The notes under the pieces were generated by a model. It saw nothing but the letters and a program-made list of their open reading frames with translations. It was not told the origin of the DNA and made no database searches. Below are positions 37,322 through 46,092 of a stretch of 63,235 nucleotides of DNA, piece by piece. This stretch comes from Candidatus Micrarchaeota archaeon. GTDB taxonomy: Archaea; Micrarchaeota; Micrarchaeia; Anstonellales; Bilamarchaeaceae. Position 1 is the first letter of the stretch. Every line of letters starts with the position of its first letter. Where the stretch lies: positions 1 through 63,235 of the forward strand of contig CAZPWA010000002.1 in the NCBI GenBank assembly GCA_964590665.1, in the 5' to 3' direction. Both the position numbers and the translations under genes were made by a program.

Positions 37322-37420
37322 GCTAGAAACCGCAGTTAACGGTTTCTAGCCTTAGGTGGGAGGATAACAAGTTCGGGAGCCAACCTGGATGAGTTGGCGG
37401 GAGGTGTCGGCTCCCGAGCC
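37322..37420. ncRNA. GC-rich structured RNA candidate (two hairpins; strand and family unknown)
   Basis: An ~100-nt GC-rich island in AT-rich spacer. It has a perfect 11-bp hairpin (37322-37332 with 37340-37350). A second 11-bp stem pairs gttcgggagcc (37371-81) with ggctcccgagc (37409-19), counting one G-U pair. No tRNA, 5S, RNase P or SRP architecture could be fitted by eye. Confidence 0.4.
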
Positions 37421-37436
37421 TTGCCATCAATATGAA

Positions 37437-37922
37437 TTAAGTCGGAAGAAAGAATACTTTCTTCCCAACCTGGACCTTTTTCAAAAGTCCAAGTTCAAAG
37501 AGGCGATTTAATCTCGCACTGGCTGCATTTTTGCCTTTGTAGTGAAGCCTGGATCTAATATCTTCAGCAGTTGCCTTTCCTAGTTCTTTCACCACTTTCA
37601 TGATGTCTTCATCCACTTGCGGAAGAAGGACCTCATTTTCCTTTGGTATTTCCTTGGTTTCGCTTGGAGCTGCTTGGGCATTTGATCCGATTTTTGCTTC
37701 AAGAGAATCAATCTTCTGCATAAGCGTTTTGAGCAACCTGTTTGTGTTCTCGCGCTCTTCCATCAACCTGTAAACTAACTCTCCAAGAACTACTGGATCC
37801 TTGAACTTGTCTAAGTTCTCCTGTAAGTCTTGGCGAATCTGTTCGCGAAGCTCGATAGGTTTATATTGATTCTCTGCCACATTTGCACCGTCATTCTCAT
37901 GACATTGTTGCAATATAATCAT
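37437..37922 (-). CDS. coiled-coil protein with C-terminal winged-helix DNA-binding domain
   Basis: C-terminus MKVVKELGKATAEDIRSRLHYKGKNAASARLNRLFELGLLKKVQVGKKVFFL looks like a wHTH. The N-terminal half is helical and charged. Confidence 0.55.
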   Translation of the reverse strand: MIILQQCHENDGANVAENQYKPIELREQIRQDLQENLDKFKDPVVLGELVYRLMEERENTNRLLKTLMQKIDSLEAKIGSNAQAAPSETKEIPKENEVLLPQVDEDIMKVVKELGKATAEDIRSRLHYKGKNAASARLNRLFELGLLKKVQVGKKVFFLPT

Positions 37923-37950
37923 GCAACAATCATGATATGATCATGATATA
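37897..37950. promoter_or_regulatory. TCATGA-motif array plus an inverted repeat spanning the start codon of the wHTH gene
   Basis: tcatga occurs at 37897, 37930 and 37941, and tcatgc at 37917. The last two tcatga copies are 11 bp apart. The inverted repeat attgttgca (37904-12) / tgcaacaat (37922-30) brackets the ATG (37922-20). An A/T-rich TATA-like tract follows at 37945-37956. Confidence 0.4.
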
Positions 37951-37986
37951 TTTATTAAGCTTTGCTTTCACGTCGTAGGTGTTTGT

Positions 37987-38526
37987 GTGAAATCGTTTAG
38001 GGAAATGGCAAATGAAGTTTATGAATCATTCAAAAACAAAGATCAGCGACGTATGAGAAAACTAAATGACGAAATCATGATTCGTGCTTCTGCTTCATCA
38101 GATTCCCCATTTCTCAAATTATCTATTTTTTCCTATATATTATCTAAGATTCTATCCAAACCTCGATATTTGGAAGTATCATTTCACTCAAAACTGGAAA
38201 AAGTTTCAGAAAATCTGCGTTTGCTTTCAACATTATCCGAAGAGGATCCAAAATGCGATGTTCTTTTTGCAAAACTTGAGCTCTCTATAGTGGATCTTGA
38301 AAACAAGGACAAGCGATTTGTTACTGATTTAATTACAAAAGGAAAACTAAAAATGGCTGCAACAATTTATGCACAGGGTTTTTCCCTCGGAGTTGCATCA
38401 ACTAAAATCGGTCTTGAAAAACAGGAAATCCTTTCTTATGCCGGTGAAACTATGATGTTTGATCGAGTAAAAGAGGATTTGAAACTTGTTGATCGAATAA
38501 AAATTGCAAGAAAATTCCTCTCTTAA
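37987..38526 (+). CDS. hypothetical protein
   Basis: 179-aa ORF with a GTG start, helical. No motif recognised. Confidence 0.5.
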   Translation: MKSFREMANEVYESFKNKDQRRMRKLNDEIMIRASASSDSPFLKLSIFSYILSKILSKPRYLEVSFHSKLEKVSENLRLLSTLSEEDPKCDVLFAKLELSIVDLENKDKRFVTDLITKGKLKMAATIYAQGFSLGVASTKIGLEKQEILSYAGETMMFDRVKEDLKLVDRIKIARKFLS

Positions 38527-39455
38527 TCTATTTCTAGTGCAATACTTCTCATTCTTTCCTCTACTTCTTGATATTCTGGTCTTTGCTGCACATTTTTTTC
38601 TGCCATCTTTATTAAAAGTTCTTTAAATTTGTCTGGCATGCTTGCACTTCTTTCTATTGTTTTTTGGAATTCTCCTTTCATGTGAAATTCAACTACTGAA
38701 TTCAAAAGAGGTTCTGCATCTGCAACGGTTTCTTCTGTTTGTGCTGCAAGGGGATGCACTCCTTCAACTAGTTCAAAAAACATGACTGCGAGGGAGTAAA
38801 TGTCTGATCGTCGGTGCTCCTGAACCATCAGTCTTTCTCTTGGCATGTATTTTACTGTCCCGCTACTTGTTTCTAGTTTTCCTATTGTCGCCTCTTTTAT
38901 CGCAATTCCAAAATCTATTACATACACGTTTCCAAATCTATCAAAAATCAAATTCCCTGGTTTTACATCTCTGTGAAGCACTCCGTATTCCTCTACTAGT
39001 TTTGCATATATCTGAGCAATTTTGTTTAGCAATTGGAATGTTTCTTTTCTATTTTCTCTCCTTGCAGTTTCTCCCTTTAGTTCTGAAATCGCAACTCCTT
39101 CAAGAAAATCCATGATCATAAATGGTTCCAAATTACCTGATGATTTTTCTCTTGCTAGGTGCGCAACTGATTCAAAATTCCTCAAATCTCCAAGTATCTT
39201 CTTCTCATTTGCTATTGAAAGTGCATCTGTGCTTTCTTCTTTTTGGATTTTGAGTGCTCTTAGTTTCCCGCTTTTTTTCTCTTGAATTGCATGAACTACT
39301 CCACTTCCACCTTGACCCATCCGTATTAGCGGTTCGTATCTTCCTTTTACACTAAAAAGTCGTTGTGCTCGTTTTATTTCTTCTCTAGTTGTTTGTGGAT
39401 TTGTGAAGTATGCTTTCCAATATTTATCTTCTGCTGCCTTTCTAAGCATCTCCAT
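38523..39455 (-). CDS. Hanks-type serine/threonine protein kinase
   Basis: G-loop GQGGSGVV, the ALK lysine, catalytic loop HRDVKPGNL, DFG (VIDFGIA) and an activation segment ending YMPRE. Confidence 0.88.
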   Translation of the reverse strand: MEMLRKAAEDKYWKAYFTNPQTTREEIKRAQRLFSVKGRYEPLIRMGQGGSGVVHAIQEKKSGKLRALKIQKEESTDALSIANEKKILGDLRNFESVAHLAREKSSGNLEPFMIMDFLEGVAISELKGETARRENRKETFQLLNKIAQIYAKLVEEYGVLHRDVKPGNLIFDRFGNVYVIDFGIAIKEATIGKLETSSGTVKYMPRERLMVQEHRRSDIYSLAVMFFELVEGVHPLAAQTEETVADAEPLLNSVVEFHMKGEFQKTIERSASMPDKFKELLIKMAEKNVQQRPEYQEVEERMRSIALEID

Positions 39456-39540
39456 AAATTACTTATTATTATAACTCTTTATAAACTAATTTCTCCTTCT
39501 TTTTCAAAATCATTATTAACTTTGTTTCCTATTTTAGTTA

Positions 39541-40224
39541 GTGAAAACCCGCGATATCGTTGTTGATTCAGGCGTTTTGATATCTTTAACTTCAATCACG
39601 CTTGAAGGTATTTTTCGTTTTTTTAGTGAAAAGCACAATGTCAGATTTCTAATCCCTCCTTCAGTTGTTTCCGAATGCGTTGATTATCCGATTGAAAATC
39701 GGGTAAAGCGATATCTTTTTTCTGCTCTTAAAATAAAAGAACTTATTGATGAAGGAATTCTTATTGGCCTTACTGATTCATCAACAAAAAAAGCACAGGA
39801 GTTTAAAAAAGCCGCAAACAATTGCTATTTTGCTTCTGGAAAACCTTTGGAATTAGTCGGTTCTGGCGAAGCTGAAGTTTTAGCATCCAGTGTTGATTTG
39901 GATGTCCCCTATGTTCTTGTTGATGAGCGCACAACGAGGCTTTTAGTCGAATCTCCTCTTCTTCTAAAAAAACATTTGGAAGACGAATTTTCTGTAAACA
40001 TTATGGTGAATAAGGAAAATTTGCGTGCAATTTCATCAACGTATTCTCAATTAAATCTATTAAGAAGTTGCGAATTAGTTGTTCTTGCTTATGAAAAAGG
40101 ATTTTTTGATCATTTTGGGGATTTGAAAAAAGATGCTCTTGAAGCTGCTCTTTTTTCAGTCAAATATTCGGGTTGCTCAATGAGCTTTGATGAAATTGCT
40201 GAATTTATGAAAACGGTGAAATGA
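39541..40224 (+). CDS. PIN-domain-like protein
   Basis: N-terminal IVVDSGVLISL, mid GSGEAEVLA and VDERTTRLL resemble the acidic PIN residues. Weak, by eye only. Confidence 0.35.
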   Translation: MKTRDIVVDSGVLISLTSITLEGIFRFFSEKHNVRFLIPPSVVSECVDYPIENRVKRYLFSALKIKELIDEGILIGLTDSSTKKAQEFKKAANNCYFASGKPLELVGSGEAEVLASSVDLDVPYVLVDERTTRLLVESPLLLKKHLEDEFSVNIMVNKENLRAISSTYSQLNLLRSCELVVLAYEKGFFDHFGDLKKDALEAALFSVKYSGCSMSFDEIAEFMKTVK

Positions 40225-40872
40225 TTGAGTGTTGAAATAATTGTTGATACGCGTGAAAGTGATCAGTTTGTCGATCTTTTTAAAAATTTTGGAGCCTCTC
40301 CAAAAAAATCAATGCTTAAAGTTGGGGATTTCATCTGCTCCTCAAATTTAATCATTGAAAGAAAAACTCGCAATGATTTTGAGCAATCTATAATTGATGG
40401 AAGACTTTTTTCACAAATTCCCAATTTACTTGAAAACTATCCTCGCGCTGTTATTATTGTTGAAGGAACAGCTGATGCAAACCGTCTTTCCAAAAGTGCT
40501 CTTTTAGGAGCTTATACTTCATTAATTTCTGATTTTGGAGTTTCTCTTTTTTTCACAAAAGATTTGGATTCAACTGCGGAATTAATTTTTCATTTTGCAA
40601 AGCACGAGCAGAATACGAAAAATCACCCTATGCGAATTTATGCAAAAAGAAAAACATTGACTCCTTCTGCCCTCTCAAGATCAATTGTCGAATCCCTTCC
40701 AACTGTTGGTCCAAAACTTGCAAAAAAACTTCTCGAATCATTTGGCTCTGTTGATAAAATCTTTAGTGCTTCTATTGAAGAATTGAAAAAAATCGAAGGA
40801 GTTGGAGAAAAAAAGGCTCTTCTGATTCACAATTCCATCCGATATCTATACTTGCAAGATGAAGATTCCTAG
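40225..40872 (+). CDS. xpf: short XPF/ERCC4-type structure-specific nuclease with (HhH)2
   Basis: IVDTRES, GDF and ERKTRNDFEQSIIDGRLFSQ (ERKxxxD) form the ERCC4 nuclease domain. The C-terminal tandem helix-hairpin-helix is LPTVGPKLAKKLL...IEGVGEKKA. TTG start abutting the upstream stop. Confidence 0.85.
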   Translation: MSVEIIVDTRESDQFVDLFKNFGASPKKSMLKVGDFICSSNLIIERKTRNDFEQSIIDGRLFSQIPNLLENYPRAVIIVEGTADANRLSKSALLGAYTSLISDFGVSLFFTKDLDSTAELIFHFAKHEQNTKNHPMRIYAKRKTLTPSALSRSIVESLPTVGPKLAKKLLESFGSVDKIFSASIEELKKIEGVGEKKALLIHNSIRYLYLQDEDS

Positions 40873-40909
40873 ATCAAGTGTTTTTAATTTTGTCCTTGTT
40901 AAATAGTGG

Positions 40910-41809
40910 ATGAAGATTCAACTCGACGATTGCTCTATTTCTCTCGATAATTCAAAAGGAGATATTGCATTTTTATCTCATGCACACTCTGATCATTTGT
41001 TTGGGACTTCAAGGGTAAAACATCTTATTTCTTCTAAAGCAACCTGCGACTTGGCAAAAATTGATAAAGAAATTTCTTCTTTTCCCAATTTAAAAATGCT
41101 CGATGCTGGCCATATTTTAGGCGCAAGGCAATTAGTTATTGAAGCTGATGGAAAAAAGATAATTTATAGCGGTGATTTTTCACTAAAACCAAACATCTTC
41201 AATTTAAAATGTGAAATTGAGGATTGCGACCAATTAATCATGGAAGCAACTTATGGAGATCCGAAATATGTTTTTCCTGATTTAAGCGATGTAATTAAAC
41301 AAATTTCTTCATTTGTCAAAACTCACGAAAACAAAAACCTTATTTTCGGTTCTTACGAACTTGGAAAAGCACAGTCTCTAATTAGAATCCTAAACGAATA
41401 TGGAATAACTCCAATTGTTTCAAAAAAGATAGATGAATTTTGCTCTGTTTACGATAATCATGGACTAAAACTCTCAAGAATTTGTGTTGGAAGTGATGAG
41501 GCGGAAGAAGCATTCAACCATCCATTTGTTGCAATTGTTAAAATGCGTCTTGCAAATTTTTCATTTGCAAAAAAGATTGAGCAAGCTTACAATCGCAGAA
41601 CTTATTGTGCCGTTGCAACTGGCTGGGCAGAAAAATATCGTTTTTCTTCTCATGCTGCATTTACTCTTTCCGATCATGCAGATTTCAATGATTTAGTTGA
41701 TTATGTTGATCAAACAAATGCCAAGGAAGTTTCTTTCTTTTGTGGTGATGGCTCAAAAGTTCTTGAAAAATCAAAATGCTCTAAAATGAGTATGATTTTA
41801 AACAAATAG
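40910..41809 (+). CDS. metallo-beta-lactamase-fold nuclease (short beta-CASP-like)
   Basis: HxHxDH motif (LSHAHSDH), DAGHILGA and C-terminal LSDHADFNDLVDYV, typical of beta-CASP and ligase-associated MBL exonucleases. Confidence 0.7.
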   Translation: MKIQLDDCSISLDNSKGDIAFLSHAHSDHLFGTSRVKHLISSKATCDLAKIDKEISSFPNLKMLDAGHILGARQLVIEADGKKIIYSGDFSLKPNIFNLKCEIEDCDQLIMEATYGDPKYVFPDLSDVIKQISSFVKTHENKNLIFGSYELGKAQSLIRILNEYGITPIVSKKIDEFCSVYDNHGLKLSRICVGSDEAEEAFNHPFVAIVKMRLANFSFAKKIEQAYNRRTYCAVATGWAEKYRFSSHAAFTLSDHADFNDLVDYVDQTNAKEVSFFCGDGSKVLEKSKCSKMSMILNK

Positions 41810-41878
41810 GCAAACAATTAGTATGCTACTTTTAGCGAATTAGTTTCTACTGAAGCTTTTTGCTAAATTTATTTGACT

Positions 41879-41950
41879 GGCTACGATGGCGTAATGGCAG
41901 CGTGAGAGGTTGTGGCCCTCTAGGCCCGAGTTCGATTCTCGGTCGTGGCC
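41879..41950 (+). tRNA. tRNA-His: tRNA-His (anticodon GTG) with encoded G-1, no encoded CCA
   Basis: Acceptor gctacga/tcgtggc (one G-U pair) and U8. D stem gcgt/gcgt pairs with two G-U. Anticodon stem agagg/cctct with loop ttGTGgc. T arm ccgag-ttcgatt-ctcgg. An extra 5' G (41879) sits opposite discriminator C (41950). Confidence 0.9.
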
Positions 41951-41996
41951 CTTATTTTGTTTATCTGGTCTGTTTTCCTCTAAATGGAACGACAAA

Positions 41997-42446
41997 TCAT
42001 AGTTCGATAAATTCACTTTTTAGCTGTTTTAACGAGCTGATGGTTATAATTTTTCTAATCCCCTTCCTAGATACAAAATTCTTTACTAATTCGTAGTATT
42101 CGACCTGATCCTTTGTTCTGACTTTGATTATTATCTCCCATGTTCCAGTGCAGATGTCTACACTTTCGACATTGGCACTTCGGGCAAGGTCTTTCGCTAT
42201 CCTTTCAGGGTTGCCATACTCATCCGAAGAAATACTTATCATGACGAATGCACAAAATCCTTGATCGATCTTCCTGTGATCGAATACTGCTTTGTAAGTT
42301 TTTATTGCGCCTTCATCTTCTAGTTTTTTCACATTGTAGTGTATTGTTGTTGCAGCTTCCTTGGTATCTCTGGCTATTCTGGCAATTTGGGGAGTACAAT
42401 GCCCAATCCTAAACATTTCTATTAGTTTAGTCTTTATGTTCTTCAT
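41997..42446 (-). CDS. Lrp/AsnC-family transcriptional regulator
   Basis: N-terminal HTH (TPQIARIARDTKEAATTIHYNVKKLEDEGAIKTY) followed by a RAM-like C-terminal domain. 149 aa. Confidence 0.8.
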   Translation of the reverse strand: MKNIKTKLIEMFRIGHCTPQIARIARDTKEAATTIHYNVKKLEDEGAIKTYKAVFDHRKIDQGFCAFVMISISSDEYGNPERIAKDLARSANVESVDICTGTWEIIIKVRTKDQVEYYELVKNFVSRKGIRKIITISSLKQLKSEFIEL

Positions 42447-42490
42447 AATTTGTATGATATACGAATTTCTTATAAATTTATGCTGATTAT

Positions 42491-43234
42491 TTGAATATTA
42501 TTCAACTAAATATATTAGGTTACTCACTTAACCAACCTTTCATGATACATAAAACGTTAGGTGTGATTGGAGGTTTAGGGGTTCAGACCAGCCAATTATT
42601 TTGCACAAATGTTGTCAAGAAAGTAAGGGACACAACAAAGATCCAACCCTCCATTCTTTGTCATACTGTTAATCTTTCCCTTGTTTTGGAATCTGATCTG
42701 GTCTATAGCCGACCTTCAAAAGAGCATCTCTCTGTTCTTCTCGATTCTATCAAGTTGCTGGAATCTGCAGGGGTAAGCAAGATTGCAATCCCCTGCAATA
42801 CGGTGCATATTTTCATAGAAGAAATGAGGGCTTCTTCAAAGGTGCCTATATTGAGCATTATTGATGAGACTGCACAAAGGATGGCTGCTGAAGGTTTTGG
42901 AAAGGTGGGCCTCTTAGCATCTTCAACATCAATAAATGCAGGTCTCTATCAAAGAGAATTATCAAAACATCGAATTGGGGCACTGGTGCCAACCAAAGAT
43001 GAACAAAAAATGATCAGCGACCTTATTTTCAAGATTCTTAATGGGACCAATTTCTCTGCTGATTTAACAAGAGTCATTCAAGTTATCGAAAATTTGGAAA
43101 ACCATGGTGCAGAGGCATTTATTTTGGGATGCACGGATTTAAGGTTGATAAATTTACCTTCAAATGTTCCTATGATTGACTCCACAAGTGTTCTTGAGGA
43201 TGTAGCGATTCGTTATTTGGTTGATTTGAATTAA
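42491..43234 (+). CDS. aspartate/glutamate racemase-family protein (aspartate racemase-like)
   Basis: LGVIGGLGVQTS, first catalytic Cys motif IPCNTVH and second ILGCTDL. The likely start is an internal Met near 42544. Confidence 0.8.
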   Translation: MNIIQLNILGYSLNQPFMIHKTLGVIGGLGVQTSQLFCTNVVKKVRDTTKIQPSILCHTVNLSLVLESDLVYSRPSKEHLSVLLDSIKLLESAGVSKIAIPCNTVHIFIEEMRASSKVPILSIIDETAQRMAAEGFGKVGLLASSTSINAGLYQRELSKHRIGALVPTKDEQKMISDLIFKILNGTNFSADLTRVIQVIENLENHGAEAFILGCTDLRLINLPSNVPMIDSTSVLEDVAIRYLVDLN

Positions 43235-43316
43235 GCCTAAGCAATCCGCCCATCCATGTCGAAAATTATGGCTCTTATCATACTTCTCATTTTTCCTTTC
43301 AATTCTTTTATCTCTT

Positions 43317-44621
43317 TCATTTGTTTTGTTTTATTATTTGGGTCATAATTGGAGGCACAACAAAAGTTGTAATTAGTGCCATTGCTGAAATTATTGAATA
43401 TTGCGCACCATTTAACGCTCCTGCACTTAATCCAAGTGCTGCAACAATTAATGCAACTTCTCCTCGCGGAGCCATCCCAACTCCGATTAATAGGCTCTCC
43501 TTGGTTGGAATTTTCGCCACTATCGCTCCAATTGCACATGGGATTATTTTGCTCAAAAGTGCAATTGCACTGATTATCAAAATTGGAATGCTAAATTGTA
43601 TTAGCGCATCAACCTGCACAAGTGTTCCTAATGAAATGAAAAATATGGGCATAAATAACATTTCAAGTCCATATGTTTTCTCTTCAATTTCACTTATGTG
43701 CTTGCTTCTATTCAATATCACTCCTGCCATAAATGCTCCGACTATTGCAGAAAGTTTTATGAATTCGGCGATGTACGCATAAAAAAGCATCACGCATAAA
43801 ACTAAAAGAAACCGTCTTGCGCTCAACTCTTTCCTATCCAAATACTCAATTATTTTATTTCCTGCAATTATGGCTCCGCTCATGAAAATTATTGCGCTTA
43901 AAAGAGTAATTGCAATAGGCTCTATTGTAAATTCTCCTCCTGAGACATTCAAAACTGCGGACAAAACCAATAGGCCTAAAACATCATCAATAATTGCTGC
44001 TCCTATTATTATTTGTGCAAATTTTTCTTCTATTAATTTTGCTTCTTTCAATATCGCAACGCTTACTCCTACGCTTGTGGCTGTGAGGGCTGCTCCTAAA
44101 AACATTGAATATGCAAAATTTTCTCCACTAATTGTAGCATATAAAAAACCTGCAATAAAAGGAAAAACAACTCCAAGTACTGCAACAATTATATTTTCCT
44201 TGGAAAATATTCTCTCTATTTTATTGTGCAGCCCAACCTTGAATAATAAAATTACTCCTCCTAGTTGTGAAAAAACCTGAATTATATTTTCAAGCCTTAT
44301 TATCTCTGGGTTCTGTTTTGGAATAAAAGGAATGTTAAAAGAGCTCAAATAATTCCAAAAAATCTCGATAAAACTATGGCTTAAAAAAATTCCCAAAACC
44401 ATCAATATCATAACTGAGGGCAATTTTAGGTAAATCACTGCTAGTTCTCCTGCAACTGCAAGTAAAAGCAAAAACACTATTTCAAAGTATATGTGCTTTT
44501 CCTCTTCGACATGGCCAAAGATGCTCGTTCTGATGATGCTTAGTAGAAGTCCAATGAATACGATTAGGATTATTGTGGGTATGAGTGAGCTTATTTTTTT
44601 GTCCATTAATTGAATTTGCAA
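43317..44621 (-). CDS. monovalent cation:proton antiporter (CPA2/Kef-NapA type)
   Basis: 434-aa polytopic protein with AGELAVIYLKLPSVMILMVLGIFL near the N-terminus and a GMAPRGEVALIVA motif typical of Na_H_exchanger family proteins. Confidence 0.8.
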   Translation of the reverse strand: MQIQLMDKKISSLIPTIILIVFIGLLLSIIRTSIFGHVEEEKHIYFEIVFLLLLAVAGELAVIYLKLPSVMILMVLGIFLSHSFIEIFWNYLSSFNIPFIPKQNPEIIRLENIIQVFSQLGGVILLFKVGLHNKIERIFSKENIIVAVLGVVFPFIAGFLYATISGENFAYSMFLGAALTATSVGVSVAILKEAKLIEEKFAQIIIGAAIIDDVLGLLVLSAVLNVSGGEFTIEPIAITLLSAIIFMSGAIIAGNKIIEYLDRKELSARRFLLVLCVMLFYAYIAEFIKLSAIVGAFMAGVILNRSKHISEIEEKTYGLEMLFMPIFFISLGTLVQVDALIQFSIPILIISAIALLSKIIPCAIGAIVAKIPTKESLLIGVGMAPRGEVALIVAALGLSAGALNGAQYSIISAMALITTFVVPPIMTQIIKQNK

Positions 44622-44656
44622 AATACTATTTTATTTCTTCCCTGTTATTCATATCT

Positions 44657-45637
44657 ATGTTGTTTGAGTTTTCTGCTCTTATTTTCTTCCTAATTCTTCT
44701 TGGGAAATCTGCCGATTTGGTTGTCGATCACGTTTCAAATCTTTCTAAATATTTCAAAATTTCTTCCTTGGCCGTAGGATTTCTTTTAGTTGCTCTCACA
44801 ACGAGTTTGCCTGAACTTACTATTTCTGTCCTCTCTTCCACTGCTTCTGAGGGAGAAATTGCTGCGGGAAATGTTTTTGGATCTAATATTGCAAATATCC
44901 TTCTTATTTTGGGCATCGGCTCCCTTTTTTATGGCGTAAAAATCTCTGCTGAAGATCAAAAAGAAATTCGTCTGGTTCTTATTTCCACTTCCTCATTGAC
45001 AATTCTAATTTTACTTGGAAGCTCTCTTTTAAACTACTCTCTGTCTCTTTTTGATGGACTTCTTCTTCTCTTGTTTTTTGTTCTCTACTGCATTTATTCA
45101 CTAAAAAAGAAGTTTTCTGATGATTTAGAAAAGCAATTTAATTTGACTAAAAAACAGGCAGCCTTTTCGTTTGTCTTCTTTTTTATAGGGATTTTTTTAG
45201 TTCTTATTTCGTCTTCGTTTGTTGTGCATTTTTCTGTCTCTTTGGCAAAAACAGCTCATCTTTCTGAAAGTTTTATTGGTTCAACTTTTGTTGCAGTTGG
45301 AACCTCTCTTCCCGAGCTTTCAACAACTATTGCCGCTCTTAGAAAAAAAGAATACTCTCTTGCTCTAGGTGATTCCATTGGAAGTAATCTGGTCAATCTT
45401 ACTTTGGTTCTTGGTTCTGCAGCAACTATAAACCCAATTTCAATTCTGGTTTTGCCTATCTTCACCCTGGTTCTTGTTTTTGCTCTCTTATCTGATTTCC
45501 TTTTATTTATTTTTTCCTCTTTCTTTCCCTATCTTGGCAAATTCGTGGGGGTTGTCTTTTTAATATTCTATTTGCTTTATTTATTTTTGTTATTCAACTT
45601 TCAGTTTTCTTCTCTTACTGATTTGGTGTTCTTATGA
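44657..45637 (+). CDS. Ca2+/cation antiporter (CaCA, YrbG-like)
   Basis: Two alpha-repeats: TTSLPELTISVLSS...GNVFGSNIANILLILG and GTSLPELSTTIAAL...GDSIGSNLVNLTLVLG. The track start at 44585 overlaps the divergent antiporter; ATG 44657 is preferred. Confidence 0.85.
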   Translation: MLFEFSALIFFLILLGKSADLVVDHVSNLSKYFKISSLAVGFLLVALTTSLPELTISVLSSTASEGEIAAGNVFGSNIANILLILGIGSLFYGVKISAEDQKEIRLVLISTSSLTILILLGSSLLNYSLSLFDGLLLLLFFVLYCIYSLKKKFSDDLEKQFNLTKKQAAFSFVFFFIGIFLVLISSSFVVHFSVSLAKTAHLSESFIGSTFVAVGTSLPELSTTIAALRKKEYSLALGDSIGSNLVNLTLVLGSAATINPISILVLPIFTLVLVFALLSDFLLFIFSSFFPYLGKFVGVVFLIFYLLYLFLLFNFQFSSLTDLVFL

Positions 45638-46092
45638 ATCAAAAAATCTCTCTTGCTCAGGCAACTGTAATCGATATTGTGATGCCCGGTCAAACCAATC
45701 ATTATGGAACTCTCTTTGGTGGCGTTTTGATGGCGCAGATGGATAAAGCAGCAAATATTGCAGCAACAAGATATGCAAAAACTGATTGCGTTACTGTGAG
45801 TGTTGATAATTTGGTCTTTCAAAAACCCATAAAATTAGGTGAAACTGTAATTGCAACTGCAAATGTGATTTATGTTGGTAAGACTTCTCTTTTAGTTCGT
45901 GTTAAAGCCGAATCTGAAACTCAAAGTGGCGAGAAAAAGCTAATCATTGCGTGTGCTGATTTTGTTTTCGTTGCAGTTGATAAAAATGGAAAGCCTCTTC
46001 ACGTTCCTTCTCCTCTTTTAGAAACAGAGGAAGAAAAAAGGCTATTTTCCAGAGGAAAAGAAATCAAGGAAAACATGCGTCGAATGTGCTAA
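45634..46092 (+). CDS. acyl-CoA thioesterase (hotdog fold, YciA-like)
   Basis: VMPGQTNHYGTLFGGVLMAQMDKAANIAA plus the typical ~150-aa length. Confidence 0.8.
   Translation: MNQKISLAQATVIDIVMPGQTNHYGTLFGGVLMAQMDKAANIAATRYAKTDCVTVSVDNLVFQKPIKLGETVIATANVIYVGKTSLLVRVKAESETQSGEKKLIIACADFVFVAVDKNGKPLHVPSPLLETEEEKRLFSRGKEIKENMRRMC

Noticed and set aside
37355-37385. Resemblance of gggaggataacaagttcgggagcc to RNase P RNA CR-I (GAGGAAAGUCCGGGC)
   Set aside because: The GC-rich element is only ~100 nt. It lacks CR-IV/CR-V-like sequences and the P4 pseudoknot partners, so it is far too short for RNase P RNA.
41860-42096. 78-aa plus-strand ORF
   Set aside because: It runs straight through the tRNA-His gene (41879-41950) and into the 3' end of the Lrp/AsnC gene on the other strand. 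It is spurious.
43237-43539. 100-aa minus-strand ORF at the 3' end of the antiporter gene
   Set aside because: It overlaps the last ~75 codons of the 434-aa CPA2 antiporter in another frame. It is Cys/Asn/Trp-rich junk with no independent signal.
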